Shown: positions 19,012 through 28,300 of the stretch, in pieces | How the letters are laid out: each line of letters opens with the position of its first letter | How positions within the stretch are numbered: the first letter of the stretch is position 1 | Assembly: GCA_023268675.1 (NCBI GenBank) | Contig: JALQTV010000001.1 | Location: forward strand, 1-57,596 | Length of the DNA: 57,596 nt | Reading direction: 5' to 3' | Origin: Saprospiraceae bacterium | GTDB lineage: Bacteria; Bacteroidota; Bacteroidia; Chitinophagales; Saprospiraceae | Notes under the pieces: generated by a model | Seen by the model: the letters and a program-made list of their open reading frames with translations, nothing else | Told to the model about the DNA's origin: nothing | Database searches by the model: none | Position numbers and translations under genes: made by a program

Positions 19012-19981
19012 TGCAGTACCCTCAGGTTCGGCTCATCCTTTCCTCAGCCAGCCCCGCTTTGCCGACATGATGCAAGGCGTGGCAGAACTTGATCTCTGGA
19101 TCAACGACCTCCTTCAGCAGGGCCTCGCCATCCTTCCCGATCAACCACCGGAGTACTGGGAATTTATTTCAAAAAAAATGGTAGACCTCAAACTGCCCGG
19201 ACTGGGCAGGCGAATCAACCGACTGCATCAGCTGGTTGCCGACCCCGGGGCGCTTTCTTTCTCAGATATCTTGAGCGAACTGGCAGATATTGGTCTGCTC
19301 ATCCGAAGTTTTGGAAGAATTGACCAGCTTCCTGTACCCATGCAACGAGAAATTTTGCAGCAACTGGGGTGGAACGTCAAAAAAGACGAACTCGAGCCCA
19401 TTCGACCTGTACATGACCACTGGCTGGTTATGGGTGTTTCGGAGGGTGAGGAGGATAAGTTGCGCTTGCGCAAAACCTGGCTTTGGCCTTATGCGAGTTC
19501 CCGTCCTGCCTTACTGCTCGAATTCGCCTGGGGCAAACAGCCCTTTTCTCCCCCTCTGGAAGTGGGCAGACTGGTGCAGGCTGATATGACCTTTTACCCG
19601 GGAACCTTCTCTTTTCGGGTACAGGCAGGTGAGATACAGGATTCCGGTTTGCATGCTTTTAAATCAGAAATAGGCGACAATTCTATCCGGACTTTTCTAC
19701 ATCGCTATGGCCAGGTAGGTGCCCGCAATCCATGGATAATTGATTTTCCTGTTGTGTTAAACGAGGTTTTACCGGTATATTGTAAGGGAAATTTTGTGAT
19801 AGTGGACAGGGAGAGAAATAGGGTTCCGCTGAAGATTTCAGAAACCCAGATGTGGCGATTGATGTTGTTGTCTGCCGGAAACCCGCTGTCGCTTTTTGGA
19901 GAATGGGATGGGGAAGCGCTTGCTCCCATCAGCATTTTGGGAGGACAAGAAGTGTTGCCTCTGGAATTATCCTGTTTGTAA
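18998..19981 (+). CDS. Hypothetical protein, possibly related to the C-terminal (non-finger) region of SWIM zinc finger family proteins
   Basis: Long ORF with normal composition. ATG at 18998 overlaps the rnc stop by 14 nt; an alternative ATG is at 19067. No CxC...CxH motif is present. The family resemblance is recalled from memory, not searched. Confidence 0.5.
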   Translation: MTEIDAVPSGSAHPFLSQPRFADMMQGVAELDLWINDLLQQGLAILPDQPPEYWEFISKKMVDLKLPGLGRRINRLHQLVADPGALSFSDILSELADIGLLIRSFGRIDQLPVPMQREILQQLGWNVKKDELEPIRPVHDHWLVMGVSEGEEDKLRLRKTWLWPYASSRPALLLEFAWGKQPFSPPLEVGRLVQADMTFYPGTFSFRVQAGEIQDSGLHAFKSEIGDNSIRTFLHRYGQVGARNPWIIDFPVVLNEVLPVYCKGNFVIVDRERNRVPLKISETQMWRLMLLSAGNPLSLFGEWDGEALAPISILGGQEVLPLELSCL

Positions 19982-19994
19982 AAAAAACTTAAGT

Positions 19995-20411
19995 ATGAGT
20001 GAGTTCAAACAAGTAATCATTGATGGATGGCATAAAATGCTGGAACGCATTCGAAAATTTTTTCTGGTTTTTTTACTGCTTGTTGTCGCAGGTGGTGGAA
20101 TGTACGTCTGGGTTTGTAACTGGACTTACAGCTCTGGCAGTCGGGCAGGATACCTGATCAAGGTTTCAAAGAAAGGAGTAGTCTTTAAAACTTTTGAGGG
20201 AGAATTAAGCCTCGGAGGATTGCAAAGCGACCCACAGTCCGGTACTTTCGGGAATATCTGGGAATTTTCCATTCAGGACAGAGCCTTTTACCAAAGGCTA
20301 CAGGGCTACGAAGGCAAATACATTAAACTAAAGTATCGGGAGGTGTATAAGATCATGCCCTGGCAGGGAAAAACCAATTACCTGGTTTACGACCTGCAAC
20401 CCGTAGAGTAG
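19995..20411 (+). CDS. Hypothetical single-pass membrane protein
   Basis: ATG at 19995, 14 nt after the previous stop. One TM segment FFLVFLLLVVAGGGMYVWV followed by a ~95-aa soluble domain. Confidence 0.55.
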   Translation: MSEFKQVIIDGWHKMLERIRKFFLVFLLLVVAGGGMYVWVCNWTYSSGSRAGYLIKVSKKGVVFKTFEGELSLGGLQSDPQSGTFGNIWEFSIQDRAFYQRLQGYEGKYIKLKYREVYKIMPWQGKTNYLVYDLQPVE

Positions 20412-20417
20412 CTTGCC

Positions 20418-20981
20418 ATGTCTGATACTTTCTCGCTTGAAAATTTTTTTGCCGAAGGCATGAATGCACTCAAAAAGGCAGCAGTAGAGCCTTCGCATCC
20501 TTTCCGCATTCCTGTGCTTGGGACAGTAGCTCAGGGAGTACCTTCGCTGCGTTCGGTGATTTTGCGCGATTTCCTGGAAGAACCTTTCAGTCTGGTATTC
20601 TTTACTCACGCGGCCTCTCCCAAGGTTTACGATATGCTTCAAAATCCGGTGATTGCCTGCTGTGCGTATGATGCCGGGGCAGGCCTCCAGCTGCGGATGA
20701 ATGGAACTTCAAAAGTTCATCGGCAGGACTCGGTCGCCCGAAAATACTGGGCCACCGTACCTGAGGCTCGCTATGCTGATTACGACCACGATACCCCTCC
20801 AGGCAAGCCTTTGCCAACAGTACCGGATGGAGGTTTGGGCAAAGCCTTGGACAGGTTTTTTACAGTCATTGTAATGGAGATCAACGAAATAGATATGTTG
20901 TTGATCAGACGAGACGGCCATCAAAGAGCCATTTTTTCAAAAGCTGCCGCCGGTTTTGATGGAATGTGGGTGCAACCTTGA
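20418..20981 (+). CDS. Pyridoxamine 5'-phosphate oxidase-like FMN-binding protein
   Basis: N-terminal HPFRIPVLGTV...LRSVILRDF and the overall ~190-aa split-barrel pattern resemble the PNPOx-like family. Confidence 0.6.
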   Translation: MSDTFSLENFFAEGMNALKKAAVEPSHPFRIPVLGTVAQGVPSLRSVILRDFLEEPFSLVFFTHAASPKVYDMLQNPVIACCAYDAGAGLQLRMNGTSKVHRQDSVARKYWATVPEARYADYDHDTPPGKPLPTVPDGGLGKALDRFFTVIVMEINEIDMLLIRRDGHQRAIFSKAAAGFDGMWVQP

Positions 20982-20988
20982 TTTTTTT

Positions 20989-21004
20989 GCGAAAATTCGC
21001 TGAA
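20989..21004 (+). promoter_or_regulatory. Copy 1 of an exact 16-nt repeat GCGAAAATTCGCTGAA (contains the inverted repeat GCGAA-N2-TTCGC)
   Basis: Identical to 21053-21068. Also forms GCGAAAA/TTTTCGC with 21006-21012. Confidence 0.4.
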
Positions 21005-21052
21005 TTTTTCGCACCCCCTCTTTTATTTGTGTTTGCTTTCCCTTATTTTTAA

Positions 21053-21068
21053 GCGAAAATTCGCTGAA
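21053..21068 (+). promoter_or_regulatory. Copy 2 of the exact 16-nt repeat GCGAAAATTCGCTGAA, 17 nt upstream of the acyl-CoA dehydrogenase ATG
   Basis: Exact duplicate of 20989-21004, 64 bp downstream. The position is consistent with an operator. Confidence 0.4.
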
Positions 21069-21084
21069 AATAAAAAATACTGCC

Positions 21085-22890
21085 ATGTCAACAACTACTC
21101 CATCCACAGTCAAGCCTCTCGCCGGAGGCGAATTTTTGATCAAAGACGAGCGACCTGAAGTATTGTTCATTCCGGAAGAGATGAACGAAGAACAGGCAAT
21201 GATTCAAAAAATGACCAGGGACTTTGTAGAGAAGGAAGTCATTCCCCACACTGCCCGGGTAGAAAAGCAGGAAGAGGGTTTTGTAGCTTCACTGCTGGAG
21301 AAGGTGGGAGAATTGGGACTGCTGGGTGCGGATATGCCTGAAGTTTACGGAGGGATGGCGCTGGATACTCATACCAATACCATCATCAGTGATGCGATAG
21401 GACCTGCAGGTTCTTTCAGTGTTGCTTTTGCAGCCCATACGGGTATCGGTATGTTGCCTATTTTGTATTTCGGGACAGAAGCACAAAAAGAGGAATACCT
21501 TCCCAGGTTGATTACAGGTGAACTGAAAGCAGCTTACTGTCTGACTGAGCCGGGTTCTGGTTCTGACGCTCTGGCAGCCAAAACGAGAGCTGATTTGAGT
21601 GCAGATGGAACCCACTACGTCCTCAACGGACAAAAAATGTGGATAACCAACTCCGGCTTCGCTGATATATTCATTGTTTTTGCACAGGTAAATGGAGATC
21701 AGTTCACCGGTTTTATCGTAGAAAGAAACAGTGAAGGGCTTACGCTCGGAGCAGAAGAAGATAAAATGGGGATCAAGGGTTCCTCTACCCGCCAGGTCTT
21801 TTTTGAAAATGTCAAAGTCCCTGCAGATCAGATGTTGGGAGAACTTGGAAAGGGACACCTGATTGCTTTCAATTCTCTTAACATTGGACGTTTCAAATTG
21901 GCAGTAGCTTGTAATGGAGGTGCCAAAAAGAGTGTGGCTTCTGCTATACAATATGCCAATGAACGCATCCAGTTCAAGCAGCCTATCGCAAACTTCGGTG
22001 CCATTAAATTCAAATTGGCAGAACAAGCCATCAGAGTCTTTGCTACAGAAAGTGCTGTTTACAGGGTCTCCAGCTTGTTGGAACAACAAAAAGACCAGTA
22101 CCGCGAGGCAGGAGACAGTTCTGAAATGGCGCAGCTCAAAGCGGCAGAAGAGTATGCCATTGAATGTGCTTTGTTGAAAGTATTGGGTTCTGAAACCCTG
22201 GATTTTGTGGTAGATGAAACTGTCCAGGTTCACGGTGGAATGGGATTCTCAGAAGAGGGTACGGCAGCCAGAGCTTATCGGGATGCCAGGATCAACAGGA
22301 TCTTTGAAGGAACAAACGAAATCAACAGGCTTTTGTCGGTAGACATGCTTTTCAAACGCGCACTCAAAGGGTTGATTGATATAGTCGGGCCGGCCTGGGA
22401 AGTACAAAAAGAACTGGCAGGCATGCCATCCATGGAATCCCCGGAAGGAACATACGGCTGGGAAGAAAAAGCAGTCAAGGAGTTCAAAAAGGCTGTTTTG
22501 ATGGTGGCAGGGGCAGCGGCCAAGTTGCAAATGGATGGTCAGTTGAATTTGAAAGAAGAACAGGAAATTGTGATGAATATTTCCGATATGATGCTGGATA
22601 CTTTTGTGAGCGAGTCCCTGTTGCTCCGGGTTAAAAAATTGCGTGACCACCATGGTGATGCTGCCAAACAAGATCAGTACGATGCCATGCTAAGGGTCTT
22701 TTTGCATGATGCTACTGCAAGAATCACCAAAAATGGTTCTGACGCCATTGCTTCTTATGCAGATGGTGATTTGCAGCGCACCTTGTTGATGGGCTTGAAG
22801 CGCTTCACAAAATACCCGCCTGTTAATGTAAAAGAGCAACGCAGGATCATCGCCGATGCTCTTATTCAGGCAAATGATTATTGTTATTGA
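21085..22890 (+). CDS. Long-type acyl-CoA dehydrogenase (FadE-like)
   Basis: AYCLTEPGSGSDA, GQKMWITN, DKMGIKGSSTRQV, QVHGGMGF and RIFEGTNEI are ACAD family blocks, with a ~200-aa C-terminal extension. Confidence 0.9.
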   Translation: MSTTTPSTVKPLAGGEFLIKDERPEVLFIPEEMNEEQAMIQKMTRDFVEKEVIPHTARVEKQEEGFVASLLEKVGELGLLGADMPEVYGGMALDTHTNTIISDAIGPAGSFSVAFAAHTGIGMLPILYFGTEAQKEEYLPRLITGELKAAYCLTEPGSGSDALAAKTRADLSADGTHYVLNGQKMWITNSGFADIFIVFAQVNGDQFTGFIVERNSEGLTLGAEEDKMGIKGSSTRQVFFENVKVPADQMLGELGKGHLIAFNSLNIGRFKLAVACNGGAKKSVASAIQYANERIQFKQPIANFGAIKFKLAEQAIRVFATESAVYRVSSLLEQQKDQYREAGDSSEMAQLKAAEEYAIECALLKVLGSETLDFVVDETVQVHGGMGFSEEGTAARAYRDARINRIFEGTNEINRLLSVDMLFKRALKGLIDIVGPAWEVQKELAGMPSMESPEGTYGWEEKAVKEFKKAVLMVAGAAAKLQMDGQLNLKEEQEIVMNISDMMLDTFVSESLLLRVKKLRDHHGDAAKQDQYDAMLRVFLHDATARITKNGSDAIASYADGDLQRTLLMGLKRFTKYPPVNVKEQRRIIADALIQANDYCY

Positions 22891-22908
22891 GAAAAGTCCA
22901 TGTACATC

Positions 22909-22939
22909 TGCCCTTTCTTCGGAAAGGGCATTTCATTTT
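22909..22939 (+). terminator. Rho-independent terminator of the acyl-CoA dehydrogenase gene
   Basis: TGCCCTTTC-TTCG-GAAAGGGCA: a 9-bp stem with a UUCG loop, followed by TTTCATTTT. Confidence 0.75.
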
Positions 22940-22988
22940 CCCCAAAAAATGCACTATATATCACAGCATGGAAAGACTCTGACAAGAT

Positions 22989-23019
22989 GCGGCCGCTCAT
23001 AGAGCGGCCGCTTGTTTTT
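22989..23019 (+). terminator. Second strong GC-rich terminator hairpin
   Basis: GCGGCCGCTC-ATA-GAGCGGCCGC: a 10-bp stem containing two NotI-type octamers, followed by TTGTTTTT. Confidence 0.65.
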
Positions 23020-23148
23020 GGAGTTATACAAGGTTCAACTGCAATCACAAAGGATCACAGTCTACCAAATTTCAGGGTTTCTCTCTTTTAAAATGTAGCT
23101 TGTTTTACTTATATTGTATTTAATTTTATTGAATATCAATAATTCGTA

Positions 23149-24168
23149 ATGAGCTTGAGGGCAGATCAGTTACAGGGTACGCTGTTGGAGCAGATCATTG
23201 CTTCTTTTGAAAAGAAGTCCGAGGGGGTAGAAAAGTTATGTGAATTGCTTAATCTGGGCAAAGACGCCGTTTATCGTCGCCTGAGGGGAGATACCCTGCT
23301 TACCCCTGAAGAGATTGGTGTTTTGGCGAGCGCCTATGGCATATCTGTTGACAACCTGATTTTCCGCAATACAGACAGCGTTATTTTTACCATGAATGCC
23401 ATTTCCGGCAAGATCGTCTCTTTTCAGGGTTTTTTTGAGGACTTGCGGGCTAATATACAGGATTTTGGACTGCTTCGCGATGCCTTTACCTATTCTGCTT
23501 CGAACGAGATTCCCCTATTTTATTACTTTTTCTATCCGGATTTATTGGAGTTTAAACTCTACGTTTGGGGCAAGCACATCTGGGATTTTGGCTATCTGAC
23601 CAACGCTCCTTTTCGCAAAAACCTCGTTTCACCTGATATTCAACGCATGGGCAATCAACTGATGCAGAGCTGGCTTAGGCAGGATTGTGCAGAAATGTGG
23701 AGCATCAACGTTTTTGATAACACCCTGAACCAAATTGAATTCCATGCTTCCATGGGAGGTTTCGAAGATTTTTCTGATGCTTTTGCACTCTGCGATGCCT
23801 TGAGCAGTCTCTCTGACCATTTGTATCAAATGGCGGAGACCGGTAAAAAATTTAAGCCGGGAACTTACCCCGGAGCAGGTAGTAATTTTGAGCTTTACCA
23901 CAATGAGATGGTTTCTGCTAATAATACCATCTATCTGACTTCACCTGCTGTACGGGTAGTGTACCACACCTTTGGCAGTCCTAATTTCATTAGAAGTACA
24001 GATCCTCGGGTTTGTGATTTTATTGAAAACTGGATAAAGACCATATTGCAAAAGTCCATTCAGATCAGTACCCGGGCAGAAGGAGAGCGCCAGCGATTCT
24101 TTCAGGTAGTCAATCGACGCATAGAGTTGACGCGCAAACGTCTGGAGCTCTTTGCTGAAAGTTTATAG
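23149..24168 (+). CDS. Helix-turn-helix domain protein of unknown function
   Basis: N-terminal HTH-like segment KLCELLNLGKDAVYRRLRGDTLLTPEEIGVLASAYGISVDNLIF. The remaining ~270 aa have no motif I recognise. Confidence 0.6.
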   Translation: MSLRADQLQGTLLEQIIASFEKKSEGVEKLCELLNLGKDAVYRRLRGDTLLTPEEIGVLASAYGISVDNLIFRNTDSVIFTMNAISGKIVSFQGFFEDLRANIQDFGLLRDAFTYSASNEIPLFYYFFYPDLLEFKLYVWGKHIWDFGYLTNAPFRKNLVSPDIQRMGNQLMQSWLRQDCAEMWSINVFDNTLNQIEFHASMGGFEDFSDAFALCDALSSLSDHLYQMAETGKKFKPGTYPGAGSNFELYHNEMVSANNTIYLTSPAVRVVYHTFGSPNFIRSTDPRVCDFIENWIKTILQKSIQISTRAEGERQRFFQVVNRRIELTRKRLELFAESL

Positions 24169-25077
24169 GTTGTCTGCCAGCCAGGATCTGATTGCCTGAT
24201 CTCCCTGATGGCGCAGTTCTTCGGGTACATCCAGTTGTTTGCGAGCTCGCATATCTATCAGGATAGCCAGACCGCTTGCATCACGTAAAATGAGGTACGC
24301 TTCATTTAGCGAGAGCATATCTGAGTCTGCCTTCAATTCAATGGGAGCTTCGAAAAGCGGATTGATTTGCAGGGTACCTGCCTCAGTATCATAAACGGGC
24401 ATCAATGCCTGGAAGCCACCGGAGGCAGAGGGAAGGAGGAAAAGGGAATAAAAGTTTGTTGTTTCAGGATCCTTAAATTCGCTGAGTGGCAACACTTCAG
24501 CAGGGTTTTCAGCATCGCTGAGATCGTAAGCAAAAGCGCCGAAATCAGCAGCGTGCCCAAGGAGGTACAGTTCCCAGAGTTCGAGTCGTTGAATGGAACC
24601 GGATAGGGAATCCCTGCCAGGTCTTTCGGAAGCAAATACGGGAGTGAGCGGTGGCAGCAGCCTGCCTGAGAGCACATCATAACAATACACATCAGAAGCT
24701 CCTCTGATGGCGACCATTTTGCTGCTGTGGTTGTAATTAATTTCAGCTAGAAAATAAGGTAGGTCAGGTCTTTTGTTAACAGGCAATACTTTTCGCTCCA
24801 GCAAAGCACAGTCGGAGGTACTGTAAATTTCCAGTATACGATGACTTTCGCCGTGTTCGGGATCCAAAGTAGCAGAGTCAGCTTTCAAAACCAGTTGCCT
24901 TGCAATTTCCTTTAGCAGAATGCTATTGCCGGGTAGTATGTTTCCATCGATTGCGCAAGTATCCGGAGCAGGTAATTCCAGGATGGCGAAGTCTTGTTGG
25001 GAAACAGAGGGGGCATTTGTGCAACTCTGAGCGAGGGCGAAAGAAAACAAAAGTATGAGACCGGAAAGCTGTTTCAT
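24163..25077 (-). CDS. Hypothetical lipoprotein
   Basis: Signal/lipobox MKQLSGLILLFSFALAQSC. No recognisable catalytic motif. Its 3' end overlaps the convergent HTH gene by 6 nt. Confidence 0.55.
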   Translation of the reverse strand: MKQLSGLILLFSFALAQSCTNAPSVSQQDFAILELPAPDTCAIDGNILPGNSILLKEIARQLVLKADSATLDPEHGESHRILEIYSTSDCALLERKVLPVNKRPDLPYFLAEINYNHSSKMVAIRGASDVYCYDVLSGRLLPPLTPVFASERPGRDSLSGSIQRLELWELYLLGHAADFGAFAYDLSDAENPAEVLPLSEFKDPETTNFYSLFLLPSASGGFQALMPVYDTEAGTLQINPLFEAPIELKADSDMLSLNEAYLILRDASGLAILIDMRARKQLDVPEELRHQGDQAIRSWLADNL

Positions 25078-25321
25078 TTTTTATTTAAAGTTAAGGTTTT
25101 TCAGGCAGATCCGCCGAAAAATAACCGGTAGCCTCTATTGTACCTTCCTGTTTTAGGGGGCATTTGGCTTGAAAGCATCATTCGGAATAAATAATTATTA
25201 AATATGTTTTGGAAAAAATAAAAAATGGATAATGCTGGTTAATTCCTGCATAATCACGGCTTTTTCATCTTGCTACCTTCAAGGTTCATTTTGACCTGAA
25301 ACTCTATTAAAAAGCAAGATT

Positions 25322-28300
25322 ATGAGGAAAAATTTACCTATTTTATTATTACTGCTGACATTGCTGTCTTTCTACCCTGTTTTTGGGCAGGAGGGCACAG
25401 TGGTTTACGATTTTCGCGACGGTACTGTTGTGAGTGCGGGAGGGAGTAGTGATGGGACACTCACACTTTCCGGTAATTATGGTTATCACAGCACCAATTA
25501 TGGTCTCAATATGAAGGTTGCTGGTGAGATTGCCATTCAGGTTGGAGGAAGCTGTACGGTACGCTTTGTAGGTTCCAAACATTCCGGACTTACCATGTCG
25601 GGTACTGCTGCAACGGAAGGTGATTTGGGAACCCAAAACACCAAGGTTGTCAACGATCTGTCCGATGTTTTTGATTTTGTGTATTCAGGGGCTGCAGGAA
25701 CCCTCACTTTTAAACTATTGCCCGGGTCAGGGAATGACCTGTATCTTCCTGAAATTTCAGTCATTCCTGCGCAAGCAGGTGCGGCAGTAGCAAGTCCGGA
25801 AAAAAACATCGTTTATTATTTCGATCTGAGAGATGGAAGCATCATCCCAACTGATACAGACGGCAAATCAGATTTGTCGGTGGGTTTGATGGAAGTTCTG
25901 GTGGGTACCAGCAATGCTTACGGGTATAACGGCACACAGCATGGCTCTGTCCTGAAAACAGGCAACCAAATCAGGTTAAAAGTGGCCGGCAACACCCGCA
26001 TTCGGGTAGGGGGCAGTATTTATTCCAATGGAACGATTACGGTTTCATCGGAAACCGGAAACTTCGATCAGTTGTCTCAGGCTTCTGCCACGACAGGGAA
26101 CTTTGGCAATGACGGTTCTACGGTAGACTTTCTCTATGCCGGGGAAGCAGGTACAGTAAATCTGGCTTTTTCCGGAACCAATTACATTCCCTACATAGAA
26201 CTTGCGCCTGTACCTTTTGAGGTCGTCCTTACGCCTTTCAGGCAAAAAGCAGGCAGCATTCGTTTGAATGATACTGATATAGGCATCACCACAGGAGAAA
26301 GGACCGGAGAAGCAGCACAGATTACCCTGAGTGAAGGTACTGTGTTGCACGCTACAGACGAACTGGCATCTATTTTGATTAATCTGGGAGGTAAAAAGCC
26401 TGCTGATTTTAGCCCTGAATTTTCAGGTGACATTCAATCGGTACAGGCTGCTGGTGATTCCTTGCTGATAACTTTCAGCGATTCTACCTCCAATCCTTTG
26501 GGTTATATTCTGGACATCAAAGACAATAGCGTACAGGCAACGGCTGAAGCCGGAAAAACCTATACCTACCACTTTTTTGATGGTTCTGAGCTGCCTCAGA
26601 TCAGTTACCAGGAATTGCGCTACCCTACCTTTGTATCCAGAGATGGTATCCTTACCATCAACAGCAACAATGCCGATGCTGCGTTGCAGTTCGGATATCA
26701 CGATGCGACCCATGGTGGGGTATTTTTTCCCGGCAATAGTTTTGAATTTCCGGTGTCAGGTGATGCCATTGTCACTTTCATTGTAGATACTTACGGGAGA
26801 GCTACGGATGCCATTTTTGAAATTCGCGATCAGGCTGGCAACCTTTTGGGTACGATAGCAGGACAAAACATAGGCGGAGCCGATGGGTTTCCCAGCAATT
26901 TTGCCTATGAAGGCCCGGAGGGCAGGCTGGTAGCAACCTTGCTCAGTGAGTCTTTTCCTACAGCTGAAATCTATATTCATGGGATGAGCATAGAAAATGC
27001 GCCTGCTACAGAACCTTCCAATGGCAAAACAGATGTATGGGATTTTGGAGCGGAAGCACTGGATACGCTTGTTTACAACAACCAGCTTTCTGTTGAGGCG
27101 ATCAATGCATGGTACGATCCGTCGATTGCAGTGGGAAGCAAGGGCAATGTCCTTCCCGGGAGCTTCAGTGCAGGAGTACTCTCATGGACCGGAGGTGGCA
27201 ACGATCGGCTTCGAACCATCAATACGGAGATTACCCGCTATGACGAGAATATAAGTTCTGCACCCGGATATACGGGGCGCATTTATGTGAATTCTGGCGC
27301 AAACAGCGGACGATACCTGAGTCTGGCGCTGGATGAAGACGATGAAGTTACCCTGATTACCAAAACGGATGCCGGAGGTACCATCAATTTTGAATACGTG
27401 GCTGATCCTGAAACGCAAAAAGAGCAGGTTCCCATTTCCAGCAACCTGACTGAATTGAAATTTGTTGCCAAAGCAGCAGGATCCTACCGCATTTATGATA
27501 CCCAGGGCAAACCCAGTTACTACAGAATCTACCGAAAAGATGCTCAGTACATTGACCTCTCAGGAGCCATAGACCTCGCTGCAGCTCCCGGTATTCCGGC
27601 TGATTACGGACTGGTTTTCACGAATGATGCAGGAAAGCAATGGATGGCTGCAGTCAATGGAAGCAGTTATGCCATCCGCCTGCCTGCAGGCAATCATTTT
27701 ACTGTAAGTCTGAGTGACGCCAACGGTTATATTGTAGCTTCCGGCGAAAACCTGGAGCTCACAGATTCTACCATTACGCACGATCTGGTACTTGCCAAAG
27801 TTGAGCTATTTACCATGAGTGGAGCCATAGAGGGTTTGGGTTCGCTTCTATCTTCACTTCAGTTGTCATTTGACACAGATCCGTCTGAGAACCGTATTTA
27901 TGTTCCCAAAGCGGAAATTGATTCAGAGGGGGGGACCTATTCCGTATCGTTGGAATCAGGAGTTGCTTATACCATCAGTGCGGAAGGAGTCAATGATTAC
28001 TTTATTCCTGATGCGACCGTCACTCTTGCCGGTGCTGACACGGTAAGAAACATAGTCTTTGAAATCAAGCCTTTGTACGCTGTTGACATACAGACAAGCG
28101 GTCTGACTGATGAGGCAAAAGCAGGTCTCGAGCTTACTTTTAGCAACCTGAATGAAGTGGGTTATGTCTATACTTTTCTACCCGGCATGGACATCATGCT
28201 TCGAAGTGGCGTTTACGCCATCAGCCAAAGCGGAGTTGACGAATTTCCTGTAGAGTTGGCGCTGACGTCTAATCTGACAATATCGGATCAGCCTGCGGCA

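Noticed and set aside
18998-19981. Complete vWA-MoxR (VMAP-type) conflict system
   Set aside because: No AAA+ MoxR ATPase, vWA protein or SWIM finger is present nearby. At most this is an isolated remnant-like domain.
21289-22233. 314-aa minus-strand ORF, with similar long antisense ORFs at 17327-18091, 30980-31903, 45564-46382, 55548-56366, 44183-44767, 15358-16002 and 28694-29233
   Set aside because: Each is antisense to a gene with strong family motifs (acyl-CoA dehydrogenase, fabF, CHU_C protein, ALDH, TrkH, rsmA, pyk, pectinesterase). Their translations are Cys/Arg/Ser-rich or low complexity. They are shadow ORFs.
23032-23048. Possible att-like direct repeats flanking the accessory patch: GGTTCAACTGCAATCAC at 23032-23048 versus GGTTCACTGCTCACC at 32658-32672
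   Set aside because: The match is only ~14 of 17 with two gaps, which is too short and imperfect. No integrase or transposase is present. A single 60-nt line counted by hand gives 48% GC, the same as lines counted in housekeeping genes elsewhere in the window.
22900-23091. 63-aa ORF in the acyl-CoA dehydrogenase / HTH spacer
   Set aside because: It runs straight through two terminator hairpins and has no ribosome-binding context or recognisable motif.
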